This document shows positions 49,212 to 58,842 of a DNA stretch of 64,000 bases, in pieces. A program made the translations under genes and the position numbers. Every line of letters begins with the position of its first letter. Positions within the stretch are counted from its first letter, which is position 1. Below the pieces are notes generated by a model. It saw nothing but the letters and a program-made list of their open reading frames with translations. It had not been told where the DNA came from and made no database searches. This stretch comes from an uncultured Acidobacteriaceae bacterium (GTDB lineage Bacteria; Acidobacteriota; Terriglobia; Terriglobales; Acidobacteriaceae). Where the stretch lies: assembly GCA_963799035.1 (NCBI GenBank), contig CAWCVS010000011.1, forward strand, positions 9,096-73,095, in the 5' to 3' direction.

Positions 49212-49297
49212 GCGCGCCCTCCCCGCAACCGTCTCGCGACGGAACCGTCGTCCACTTGCGCGCGCCGCCCGTCTATCCTCATAGGTACGGGAGATTT

Positions 49298-50053
49298 ATG
49301 AAAGCCTGTCGCATTTCCTTGCCGCTTCTCCTTCTGCTCGGCGTTATCAGTCTGGGCGCCGTCGCCCAGGATCCAACCCCCACCCAGGATCCAAGCCAGT
49401 CGACAGCGCAGCGCGGCCAGCGTGGGGAACGTGGCGGCTTTGGCGGCGGCATGATGGGCCGGGGCGTCATGGGGACAGTCACCGAAGTCGCCCCCGATCA
49501 TTTCACCATCAAAACTGATGCCGGCGAGGTCTACACCGTCCACTACAGCGTCAATACCCGCATCATGAAAGGCGGAGGAGGACAGCGCCGCGGCCAGGGC
49601 AACCCCAACGAGCCTCCCGCCAACCCGCCAACCACCATCAAGGCCAGCGAAATTAAAGTTGGCGATGCCATTGGCGCCTCCGGCGAAATGGATGCCAATG
49701 CCAAATCCGTCGGCGCTGTCGTCATCTTCCAGATCGACCCCGAACGCGCCAAACAGATGCGCGAGATGCAAGCCAACTACGGCAAGACCTGGGTCATGGG
49801 CCGCGTAACCGCCATCAACGACGTCAAGGTCACCTTGCAGGGCGGTCCCGACAACGCCACCCACACCTTCGTCGCGGACGAAAACACGACCTTCCGCAAA
49901 CGCCGCGACCCCGTCACCCTCGCCGACATCCAGGTAGGCGACATGGTCCGCGCCGAAGGCACCATCAAGAACGGCGCTTTCCTCGCCACCGCCGTTTCCG
50001 TCATGGGTCCAGCACCCCAGCGAACCGAAGGCTCTGCACCCGCCCCGCAATAG
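49298..50053 (+). CDS. Secreted DUF5666-like tandem OB-fold protein
   Basis: Signal peptide; two repeats GTVTEV...IKVGDAI and GRVTAI...IQVGDMV. Confidence 0.75.
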   Translation: MKACRISLPLLLLLGVISLGAVAQDPTPTQDPSQSTAQRGQRGERGGFGGGMMGRGVMGTVTEVAPDHFTIKTDAGEVYTVHYSVNTRIMKGGGGQRRGQGNPNEPPANPPTTIKASEIKVGDAIGASGEMDANAKSVGAVVIFQIDPERAKQMREMQANYGKTWVMGRVTAINDVKVTLQGGPDNATHTFVADENTTFRKRRDPVTLADIQVGDMVRAEGTIKNGAFLATAVSVMGPAPQRTEGSAPAPQ

Positions 50054-50055
50054 CG

Positions 50056-50097
50056 GGGTGCCCCATCCTAAACGCGTAGTTTGCGTTTAGGGTGGGA
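50056..50097. repeat. Family-C-type palindromic repeat (intergenic)
   Basis: gggtgc-cccatcctaaacgc-gtagttt-gcgtttagggtggg-a. Confidence 0.85.
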
Positions 50098-50140
50098 AAC
50101 CACCAACCTCGGCATCCCTGGGGAAGCCCGGGGGTTCTCC

Positions 50141-50192
50141 GACTCATCCTCGTGTCAGCCCCCTTCATCCATCTCCTGAGCCCCTCATCCGA
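50141..50192 (+). promoter_or_regulatory. Candidate LytTR binding direct repeats
   Basis: (c/t)TCATCC at 50143, 50164 and 50184 (20-21 bp period), upstream of an operon ending in a LytTR regulator. Confidence 0.45.
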
Positions 50193-50269
50193 ATCCCCGC
50201 GCACTTCAAACCACCCCTCGCTATCTTCGTCTCCAGAGCAGAAAACGCTCTGGAAAGGACAGCCGCCCG

Positions 50270-51007
50270 ATGGCTCCAACCGACCCACTCGTCCGCGTTG
50301 AACAGGTCACGCGCAAATTCCCCCTCGACCACAACGCCGTCACCGCCCTCGACAACGTCAGCCTCCAGATCGACGCCGGCGAATTCCTCGCCATCTCCGG
50401 CCCCAGCGGAAGCGGCAAATCGACCCTGCTCAACCTCATCGGCTGCATCGACAAGCCCACCAGCGGCCGCATCCTCATCGCCGGCACCGACACGTCGCGC
50501 CTCAGCGCCTCGCAAACCTCGACCCTGCGCCGCGAGAAAATCGGGTTCGTCTTCCAGACTTTCAACCTGATTCCCGTTTTCACCGCCGCCGAAAACGTCG
50601 AATACCCCCTCCTTGTCCAAGGAGTCTCCTCCAGCGAACGTCGCCGTCGCGTTGCAGATGCGCTCGAAAATGTCGGCCTCTCTGCCCGCGCCAACCATCG
50701 CCCCGATCTGCTCTCTGGCGGAGAGCGCCAGCGCGTAGCCGTGGCCCGCGCCATCGTGCATCGCCCCCGCTTGGTACTGGCCGACGAACCCACCGCCAAT
50801 CTCGACACCCACAACGCCACCCAGCTCATCGACCTGATGCGCGACCTCAACCGCAGCCTCGGCCTCACCTTCATCTTTTCCACCCACGATCAGCGCCTGC
50901 TTGAGCACACGCCGCGCATCGTTCGCCTCACAGACGGCCGCATCAACAGCGATTCACCCACTGAAGGAGCCCCCCATGAGCAAGTTCTTACTGCTTGCAT
51001 TTCGTAA
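50270..51007 (+). CDS. ABC transporter ATP-binding protein (LolD/MacB-like)
   Basis: GPSGSGKST, IGFVFQTFNL, LSGGERQR, LADEPTANLD, STHD. Confidence 0.95.
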   Translation: MAPTDPLVRVEQVTRKFPLDHNAVTALDNVSLQIDAGEFLAISGPSGSGKSTLLNLIGCIDKPTSGRILIAGTDTSRLSASQTSTLRREKIGFVFQTFNLIPVFTAAENVEYPLLVQGVSSSERRRRVADALENVGLSARANHRPDLLSGGERQRVAVARAIVHRPRLVLADEPTANLDTHNATQLIDLMRDLNRSLGLTFIFSTHDQRLLEHTPRIVRLTDGRINSDSPTEGAPHEQVLTACIS

Positions 51008-52215
51008 CGTCTTCCGCAACCGCCGCAGGACGCTGATGACTCTGCTTATGGTGGGCGGCGGCGTGGCCGGACTTGCTTCTTGCCGGCGGATACTTCGCCT
51101 TCATGACCCGCGGGCTTCGCGAAGACACCATCCGCGCCGGCCTCGGTCACCTGCAGATCTTCACCACCGACCACTTCAAACGCGACGAAGACCAGCGTCC
51201 TCGACACCGGAATCGAAAACTGGCGCCAGGTAGCCTGCAACCGTCAGCTCCGCTCCGCACGTGCGCGGCGTCGCACCCCGCATCGAGTTCTACGGCATGG
51301 TCTCCAACGGAATCAAGGCCGTCGGATTCATGGGCAGCGCCGTCGATCCCGATGCGGAAAGCAGTCTCGGCTTTTCAAGTCAAGGCTCACGGGCGCAGGC
51401 CGGAATCTCTCGGCCAAATCCAGCGGTGACGTCGAGGCGCTAATCGGATCGCGGGACTAGCCAAGTCAATGAATGTCAAAGTTGGCGACGGCCTGACCCT
51501 GCTGGCCATGACCTCTGACGGAGCCCTCAACGGCGTCGACGTGCAAATCGTCGGCATCGTCAAAACCGGCATCGCCGAAATGGATGCTCGCTATCTGCGC
51601 ATCACTTTGCCCGCTGCCCAGCGCCTGCTGCAGAGCGATCGCGTCACCAACCTCGTCGTCGGCCTCGACTCCACCGAAAACACCGACGTGGTCTACACAG
51701 AACTTGCCCCGCGCCTCCACGGTCTGCCACAACAAATGACGTTGAAGAAATGGATCGACCTCGCCACCTATTACAACCAGGTGCACACCATGTTCAACGG
51801 AATCTTTCTCTTCATGGGCCTCATTGTTTTCCTGATGGTGCTCATGGCCAGCATCAACACGCTCCTCATGGCCATGCTGGAGCGCATTCGCGAAATCGGC
51901 ACCATGCTTGCCATGGGCACGCCGCGCAGTTGGATCGTGGCCCTGTTCATGCTCGAAGCCACCGTGCTCGGGATGCTCGGAGCCGTGGTGGGCGTCGCTG
52001 GCGGCAATCTTCTCGGCTGGCTTCTCAACACCGCGGGCCTGCACATGCCGCCACCTCCCGGATACACCGTCAACATTCCATTCCGCGTCCTCCACGTGCC
52101 CGCGTTGATGATCGGCTCCTCCATCATGGTCATCATCTCGCTCGCGCTTGCATCCATCCTGCCCGCGATCCGCGCATCGCGCCTGCAAATTGCGGAGGCC
52201 CTCGCCCATGTCTAA
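50976..52215 (+). CDS. ABC permease (LolC/E, FtsX-like); multiple frameshifts 51070-51450
   Basis: LAFRNVFRNRRRTLMT, GHLQI, ERIREIGTMLAMG, LPAIRASRLQIAEALAHV. Confidence 0.85.
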
Positions 52216-53137
52216 ACCAAAGATCTTCGTCACGTTATATGTACCGTGGCCCGACTTCAGGTGGTGTATCTGTTTTGAAAGGGCACGGCTTCAGCCGTGC
52301 CGAAAACCGAGTTTATGAGAACAGGGCTTCAGCCCCTGACGGACGTTTCGAACCACGCCATTCTCATTGTTCGCGAATTTCCAAAATCAACTGGCTGCTC
52401 CGCTCTCTCCTGCTCGCTGTCACCATCGCATTCCTCATCGCGTGGGCCGCAATCGGCCACGCCGCAACTCCCGACGCCGCAGGCCCTGCTCAAGCGCTCC
52501 GACACCTACCGCAACGGCTGGCCCGCCTACGTCCTGCGCGTCAAGATCACCAACTTCGAATCCGGCAAGTCCGACGAAGAATCGCTCTACGAAGTCTCGC
52601 AAAAAGGCACGGACAAGACCTACGTCGAATTCATGAGTCCCCGCGACAAGGGCCGTCACCTGCTGATGCTCGGCGACGACATGTGGATCTACCTTCCCGA
52701 TACCAGCCGTCCCGTGCGCATCACGCCTCTCGAACGCCTCTCCGGCGACGCCTCCAACGGCGACGTCGCCCGCACCAACTACGCCATCGACTACACCGCC
52801 GCCTACGTTCGCGACGAAAAAGTCGGCAGCGAAAACTGCTACGTCCTCGACCTCACCGCCCGGCGCAAAGGCGCAACCTACCAGCGCATTCTCTACTGGA
52901 TCCGGACTGAAGATGCACGCCCCGTTCGCGCCGAGTTTTACCTGACCTCCGGCAAGCACATCAAATCCGCCACCTTCGATGAGTACGCGCCCTCAGACGG
53001 CAAGATGCTCCTCAAGCAGCCTCACCCTCTATGACGAAATTCGCCACAACTCGCACAGCGTTCTCGAGTATTCCAACGCCGCGCCCCGCAATCTTCCCGA
53101 CAAGCTCTTCTACCAGGGCCGCTCGGATAGGTTTTAG
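52208..53137 (+). CDS. Outer-membrane lipoprotein-sorting (LolA-like) protein; frameshifted, start uncertain
   Basis: Signal segment WLLRSLLLAVTIAFLIAWAAIGHA; F.SPRDKGRHLLMLGDDMWIYLP, LSGDASNGD, YQRILYWI, SGKHIK. Confidence 0.78.
52274..52339. repeat. Family-D double-hairpin repeat at the 5' end of the LolA-like gene
   Basis: gggcacggcttcagccgtgccg...gggcttcagcccctga. Confidence 0.85.
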
Positions 53138-53227
53138 TTTCCCGCTGCAGCAAATTGAAGTTCACAACAAAGGCGCGGTGTCATTCTCTCGCTGCAGGAA
53201 GGTTAAGTTCGCAAACCAAAATCCCGG

Positions 53228-53330
53228 TGTCATTCTGAGCGAACGGGGCCCCGAACGTACCAGGGGCCCCAAAGAGCGATCGAGCTCTTTGGGGTAGGTT
53301 CGGGGGTGGTAAGCGAAGAATCTGCTTTTT
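53228..53330. repeat. Family-A palindromic element
   Basis: TGTCATTCTGAGCGAACGGGGCCCCGAACGTACC...aaagagcgatcgagctctttggggtaggttcggggg...GAAGAATCTGCTTTT. Confidence 0.9.
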
Positions 53331-53352
53331 GGGCTTTTAACAGGAGTCGCAA

Positions 53353-53785
53353 ATGAAAATTTATCTCTTGATCACGCTCTGTCTCCTCATTTCCATCGGC
53401 CAGTGCTCGTCCGCACAAACGCCGAAGACCGGCAAACTAACCATCAAGATCACAAATATTCGCAATACCGAAGGCAACATCCGCGTCGCTCTTCGCACCG
53501 ACGAAAACACCATCGTCGCTTCGAAAATCGTCGAGATTGATCCGAAAACCCTCACCGCCGAAGCCGTATTCGACAACCTGCCACGAAGGCACGTACGGCG
53601 TCGCGGTCATTCACGACGAGAACAAGAACGGAAAGCTGGATTTCAACGACACGGGTGTGCCGACGGAGGGTTATGGACATTCGAACAATCCCGAAAAACG
53701 CCCCGGCCCACCCAACTTCGACGAAACAAAATTCGCCTTCGCCGCGCCTGGCTCCAGCCTCGAGATTGCGCTCATCTACTGGTAG
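53353..53785 (+). CDS. DUF2141-domain secreted protein (frameshift ~53580)
   Basis: LTIKITNIRNTEGNIRVAL; GTYGVAVIHDENKNGKLD...GVPTEGYGHSNN...GPPNFDE. Confidence 0.85.
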
Positions 53786-53805
53786 AGATTTCAAGGCCGC
53801 AAACC

Positions 53806-54892
53806 ATGAATGTTCGATTGCTCATCCCGACTCTGTTTCTGGCCACCGCCTGGTTCTGTGCATCTGCGCAGGATCCGCCGTCCGCCGAAGAGAACTCCGT
53901 AAGCACGCGCTACTCCCTCGCCGTCATTGACGACGCCACCTTCTATAGCGGCCAGCCGGCATCTCAGCCCGCAATCCTCAACCAGGTCCTCGTCGAACCC
54001 ACCTTCGACATCCGCTATCAAAGCCGCCTCACCTTCTCCACCAGCCTCATCGGTCTCTCCACCACATACACAGACACCACCTCGACTGTTCACGTGAAGG
54101 AAACCTACGCCGGACTCTCCGCCGGCGATTTCGATTTCACCGCTGGGCCGCAAGATGGTTCGCTGGGGCACTGGATACGCCTTCACCGCCGCCGGCGTCC
54201 TCGATCCCCCGCGCGATCCCACCAACCCCACCGACCGTCTCAATGTGAATCAGGGCCGCGACATGATTAAGGCGGACTACGTACGCGGCCCGCATGCACT
54301 CACCCTCGCCTGGTCAACCGCGGCGCTCGCGCCCGCCCACTCCACACTGCGCGACACCACCGCGTTCCGGTATAACGTTCTGGTGCGCGGATTCGACACT
54401 TCCCTCATCGCCGGCAACGATCGCGGCGGAGACTCCTTTGGAGCGCTCACCTTCACGCGCGTCCTCGGACAGGCGTGGGAAGTCCACGGCGAAGCCGTAT
54501 GGCGCGAGCAGGCCGCCGTCCTCATTGGCGCCAAATGCACACTGCAGTCCGGCGTCACCTTCATCGGCGAGTTCTACACTCCGCCCAATACGTCGTACTT
54601 TCGCGACATGTCCGTGTCGCCGCTCGCCGGCCGCCAGCACTACGCCTTCTTCAACGTTGGCAAAACGCGCCTGCGCCAATTGCCCGGCTGGAAAGAGTGG
54701 GACGTCTCCGGTTCTGTCGTCGCCAATCTCGACGATCGCAGCTTCGTCGGCGTCGTCGACGTGAGCCGCTGGTTTGGCAATCATTTCTCTTCCTACGTGC
54801 ACTTCGAAGTTCCCACGGGCAGCAAAACCTCCGACTTCGGCGCAACACCCTACAGCACCGCTACCTCCGCCGGAGTGCGCTTCCACCTATGA
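53806..54892 (+). CDS. Putative outer-membrane beta-barrel protein (frameshift ~54145)
   Basis: Signal peptide, VKETY...G...VRWGTGYAF, amphipathic beta strands, C-terminal GVRFHL. Confidence 0.7.
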
Positions 54893-56012
54893 TTCCCGCG
54901 CGAAATCCATCCATCGCCGACTCCGACGATCAATCGAACAAGACCCTCCGCGCATTCAAGGCCTTCTGCAGAGAGATCTGGATCGTCCCCGCCATCGCGG
55001 TCGTCATAACAATTCTCATCCTCGTGATTGAGCACACGCAACTCTCTCACATCGGCACCAATTCCTGGGATCTTTCATTTATGCCATGCTCATTGGCTTC
55101 CCTACCGCGCTGTCTCTCAACTGGATTGGTTTTCGATACACCGAACGCTTTCCCCGGCTCGTCTTTGTGATTTACATCGCGCTCCTAACCACGACTGCCA
55201 CATGCGGGTGCTTGGTTGGCGGACTGATACTTGAACTTATCGGCATCACTCCATCCGGATTTTATTGGCGCGAAGTCCAGTCGTCCTGGCCAACCTGCCT
55301 GGTCATTACGCTCATCTTCGGCCTCAGCATCACATCGTTTGAAACCTTGCGCCACCGCCTGCAGGACGCGACTCTCGAGTTGCGCACCCGCCAGGTCGAG
55401 CAGGAACGCGCCAACAAACTTCTCGTCGAAGCGCGTCTCTCGTCGCTCGAATCGCGCATCCATCCGCATTTTCTCTTCAATACGCTCAACTCCATCGCAT
55501 CACTCATTCCCAGCGATCCCAAGCGCGCTGAAGACACCGTCGGCAAACTCGCATCGCTGCTCCGCTTTTCCATGAGCGCGAATCAATCCAGCCTCGTCCC
55601 GCTCGCACAGGAATTGAAGATCGTGCGCGACTACCTCGAAATCGAATCCACGCGCTTCGGCCAGCGCCTGCGCTATGAAATCGCCGTTCCCGATGCGCTC
55701 GGCGACATCAAGGTTCCGCCGCTCGCCCTGCAAACCCTGGTCGAAAACAGCGTGAAGCATGTCGTTGCCCAGCGCACCCAACCCGCTCTCATCACAATTA
55801 GCGGCGCGCAGAACGATGGCCAACTTCTCCTCACCGTCATCCGATGACGGCCCTGGATTCTCACTCGCCGACATCGCTCCCGATCACGGCCTGGGCAATC
55901 TTGTCGGCCGCCTCGAGCTTCTCTTCGGCGAGGCTGCCCACTTGAACGTGAAGCCGAATCGATGAGAGGACCAGTCGTCTCCATCGCTCTTCCCGCCGGA
56001 GAGATCCAATGA
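54889..56012 (+). CDS. LytS/YehU-family sensor histidine kinase (several frameshifts)
   Basis: TM region; LESRIHPHFLFNTLNSI, LQTLVENSVKH, DDGPG, GLGNL. Confidence 0.88.
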
Positions 56013-56813
56013 CGGCGGAAACGGCTTCGCTGCGCGCCTACCTCGTCGATGACGAATCGCTCGCCATCGAACGACTGCAGCGCATGCTCGTCAGCCTTTC
56101 CTGAGATCGAGATCGCCGGCACAGCAACCGACCCTGCTGCCGCAGTTGCGGCGCTCAACGATTCGACCACGCAACCAATCGACGTGCTCTTCCTCGACAT
56201 CCAGATGCCCGGCATCAACGGATTCGAACTGCTCTCGCGCCTGCACGTCCAGCCCTTCGTCATCTTCACGACGGCCTATGACCAGCATGCACTTCGCGCC
56301 TTCGAAACCAACGCCATCGACTACCTGCTCAAGCCCATCGAACCCGAGCAACTGGAACGCGCGCTTCACAAACTCGGCCGCCTCCGCCCCATCGTCAAGC
56401 CCGACTGGCAGCAGAATCCCGCGCTGCCGGAACTACTGAAAGAGCTGACCGCTTCTCTTCGCGAAGGCCACGCCCCCTATCCCAACCGCATCGCTTCCCG
56501 CGTCGGCGAACGCATCTCGTTTCTCCCGCTCGACGACGTCACGCACTTCATCGCCCAGGACAAGCTCACCTTCGCCGTTGTCGGTGGCCGCCGCCATTGC
56601 GTCGACCAGACCATCGCCGATCTCGAGCACCGTCTCGATCCCGCAAAATTCCTTCGCATCCACCGATCCGCATTAGTCAATGTCGACTGGATTCACGAGG
56701 TCAATTCCTGGTTCGCCGGCAAAGTCGTCCTCACGCTCAAAGACACCCAGCATACGCAGCTCACCGTCGCCCGCGACCGCGTCCGCACATTAAAGGAGCG
56801 TCTCGGAATCTAG
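56009..56813 (+). CDS. LytTR-family response regulator (frameshift ~56090)
   Basis: AYLVDDE, FLDIQMP, FTTAYD, DYLLKP, FLRIHRSALVN, VARDR. Confidence 0.92.
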
Positions 56814-56821
56814 TGTCTGTT

Positions 56822-57000
56822 CGGAGGGAGCGTGAGGCTTAAGCCTAACCAAAAAACCCGCAAAGAATCTGTGGGCTTCTAGCCCGGCCTCTTGCGCCGG
56901 CTGTTTAACCTGCTGCAGTCGATTGGTCAGAACTCCGCAAAGAAGCTTGAACGGAAAGGTCCCCAGTTTTGAAAACGACACGAATTTCAGTTGTGCCGAA
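56822..57000. repeat. Degenerate palindromic-repeat mosaic between convergent genes
   Basis: ggagggagcgtgaggcttaagcct...gggcttctagcccgg; ttttgaaaacgacacgaatttcagttgtgccg (degenerate family D). Confidence 0.5.
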
Positions 57001-57006
57001 AGGGGC

Positions 57007-57756
57007 TCAGCCGCCCATAAACATCCCGCCATTCACATCCAGCACGTGCCCCGTAATATATGCAGCCGCATCCGACGCCAGAAACACTACCGGCTGCGCA
57101 ATCTCCAAATCCGTTCCCGCCCGTCCCAGCGGAATCTGCTCGATCATCTTCTCGCGCAGCTTCTCCCCCAGCACCGTCGTCATCGGCGTCTCGATATAAC
57201 CCGGCGCCACCGCATTCACCGTGATCCCGCGCGACGCCACCTCGCGCGCCAGCGATCGCGTAAACCCGATCAGTCCCGCCTTCGACGCCGCGTAATTCAC
57301 CTGGCCCTCCTGCCCGGTCCGGCCCACCACGCTCGTGATGTTGATGATCCGGCCCCAGCGGTTCTTCATCATCTGCCGCAACAGCGCCTGCGTCAGCAGA
57401 AACGCGCCAGTCAAATTCGTGCTCAGCACATCATCCCAGTCCGCGCGCTTCATCCGCATCATCAGGTCGTCGCGCGTAATGCCCGCGTTGTTCACCAGGA
57501 TCTCCACCTTGCCGAATCGATCGACCACCGCCTTCGCGCCATTCTTGATCGACTCTTCGCTGGCCACGTCAAGTGCAAATGCCGCGGCCTGTCCGCCCGC
57601 CGCCGCAATCTCCGCCGCCACCTCTGCCAGCTTCGCCTCGTTGCGCGCCGCCAGCGCCACCGTGGCTCCCGCCTTCGCCAACTCCAGCGCACATGCTCGC
57701 CCAATCCCCTGCGACGCCCCCGTCACCAGCGCAACTCTTCCCGTCAAATCCGCCAT
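57007..57756 (-). CDS. fabG: 3-oxoacyl-ACP reductase
   Basis: TGASQGIG, NNAGITRD, NYAASKAG, VAPGYI, VNGG. Confidence 0.92.
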   Translation of the reverse strand: MADLTGRVALVTGASQGIGRACALELAKAGATVALAARNEAKLAEVAAEIAAAGGQAAAFALDVASEESIKNGAKAVVDRFGKVEILVNNAGITRDDLMMRMKRADWDDVLSTNLTGAFLLTQALLRQMMKNRWGRIINITSVVGRTGQEGQVNYAASKAGLIGFTRSLAREVASRGITVNAVAPGYIETPMTTVLGEKLREKMIEQIPLGRAGTDLEIAQPVVFLASDAAAYITGHVLDVNGGMFMGG

Positions 57757-57929
57757 CGTCCTTCACCTTCAGCGCCGCTCTAACCTCAATCGCTCCGCGC
57801 ATTTCCCAGGCCAATTATAGGCAAAATCCCCCACGACACGGTTTTACGACCGGTTCATGCCGACCATGTTTTCATGGTTGCAGGTAATCGGGGATTTGTT
57901 CAGGTCGCTTGCGATAGGTGAGATCGTGA

Positions 57930-58739
57930 TCAGCCCGTCGGCATGGCTTGTACCGGAATACGTTCCCTCCGGCGCGCCGGCTCCGCCAACTCCGCCGGCC
58001 ACACGTACACTGCAAACCGACGCGAATAGTGCAGCACCGGCTCGTGATCCGTAATCTGGATTCCGAGGGCAGCTGGAAGATCGTTCCGCTCGATTTCAGC
58101 CTCGGCATCTTCCAGCGGCGAAGCCACCGCGTGAATATTCGCCCGCACTGCAAGCCCAGCATGATTCCGCGTAAACAGGCAGTAGCGCTCCGTAAAAAAA
58201 TGTTCAAGCGATCCGCTGCGAATCTCTGCCAGCCTCCGCGTCGGGCCCAGCCCCCGGTAGCGCGCATTGAAAATTACCGGGCTGGCGACAAATCGTCTGC
58301 GGCTGTAAAACGAGAATTCGCGTTCAGTCCGCTGACTCAGCCTCATCTCCGCCCAGTTGCAGGGCTGGCGGAAAATCAGCCGCACCGCCGCCGTCGCCAG
58401 CAGGCTGCCGATATCCACTGAGAGGTTGTAGATGCCCGGCGTATTGGTGTGCTGGTCGTGCACGTAGGTGCGAAAGTGCACTTCGGGAAAGCTCCGGGTT
58501 CCAGGAACGGAAGGCACCCCGCGGAAGTTGAAGCGATCCATCCACAGCGGCACAATGCCGATCCACGCCGAGCCCTGAAACGTATCCGGCTGCAATCCCT
58601 CAGGCAAAAACGGCGAAACTGTCGCTGCGGGCACACGCCAATGCGCAAAAAGAAGATCGTTCCAGCGCTGAGACAGCATCCAGCGTCCGGTTGGCAATGG
58701 CCGGGGCCTTTGCGATGTCCGCAATTTGAACTCCCGCAT
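57930..58739 (-). CDS. DUF2071 / YqjF-family protein
   Basis: QRWNDLLFAHW, LPEGLQPDTF, FPEVHFRTYV, FFTERYCLF. Confidence 0.85.
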   Translation of the reverse strand: MREFKLRTSQRPRPLPTGRWMLSQRWNDLLFAHWRVPAATVSPFLPEGLQPDTFQGSAWIGIVPLWMDRFNFRGVPSVPGTRSFPEVHFRTYVHDQHTNTPGIYNLSVDIGSLLATAAVRLIFRQPCNWAEMRLSQRTEREFSFYSRRRFVASPVIFNARYRGLGPTRRLAEIRSGSLEHFFTERYCLFTRNHAGLAVRANIHAVASPLEDAEAEIERNDLPAALGIQITDHEPVLHYSRRFAVYVWPAELAEPARRRERIPVQAMPTG

Positions 58740-58842
58740 TCTGCCGTGCGCTCCCGCTCTTTAGCTTTGACGTTTTTCTCGTTCCAAGGGATTCACAGCC
58801 CGGCCTTACCTGATGCCGTATTCTGGTCGCGAGCCCTCGTCC

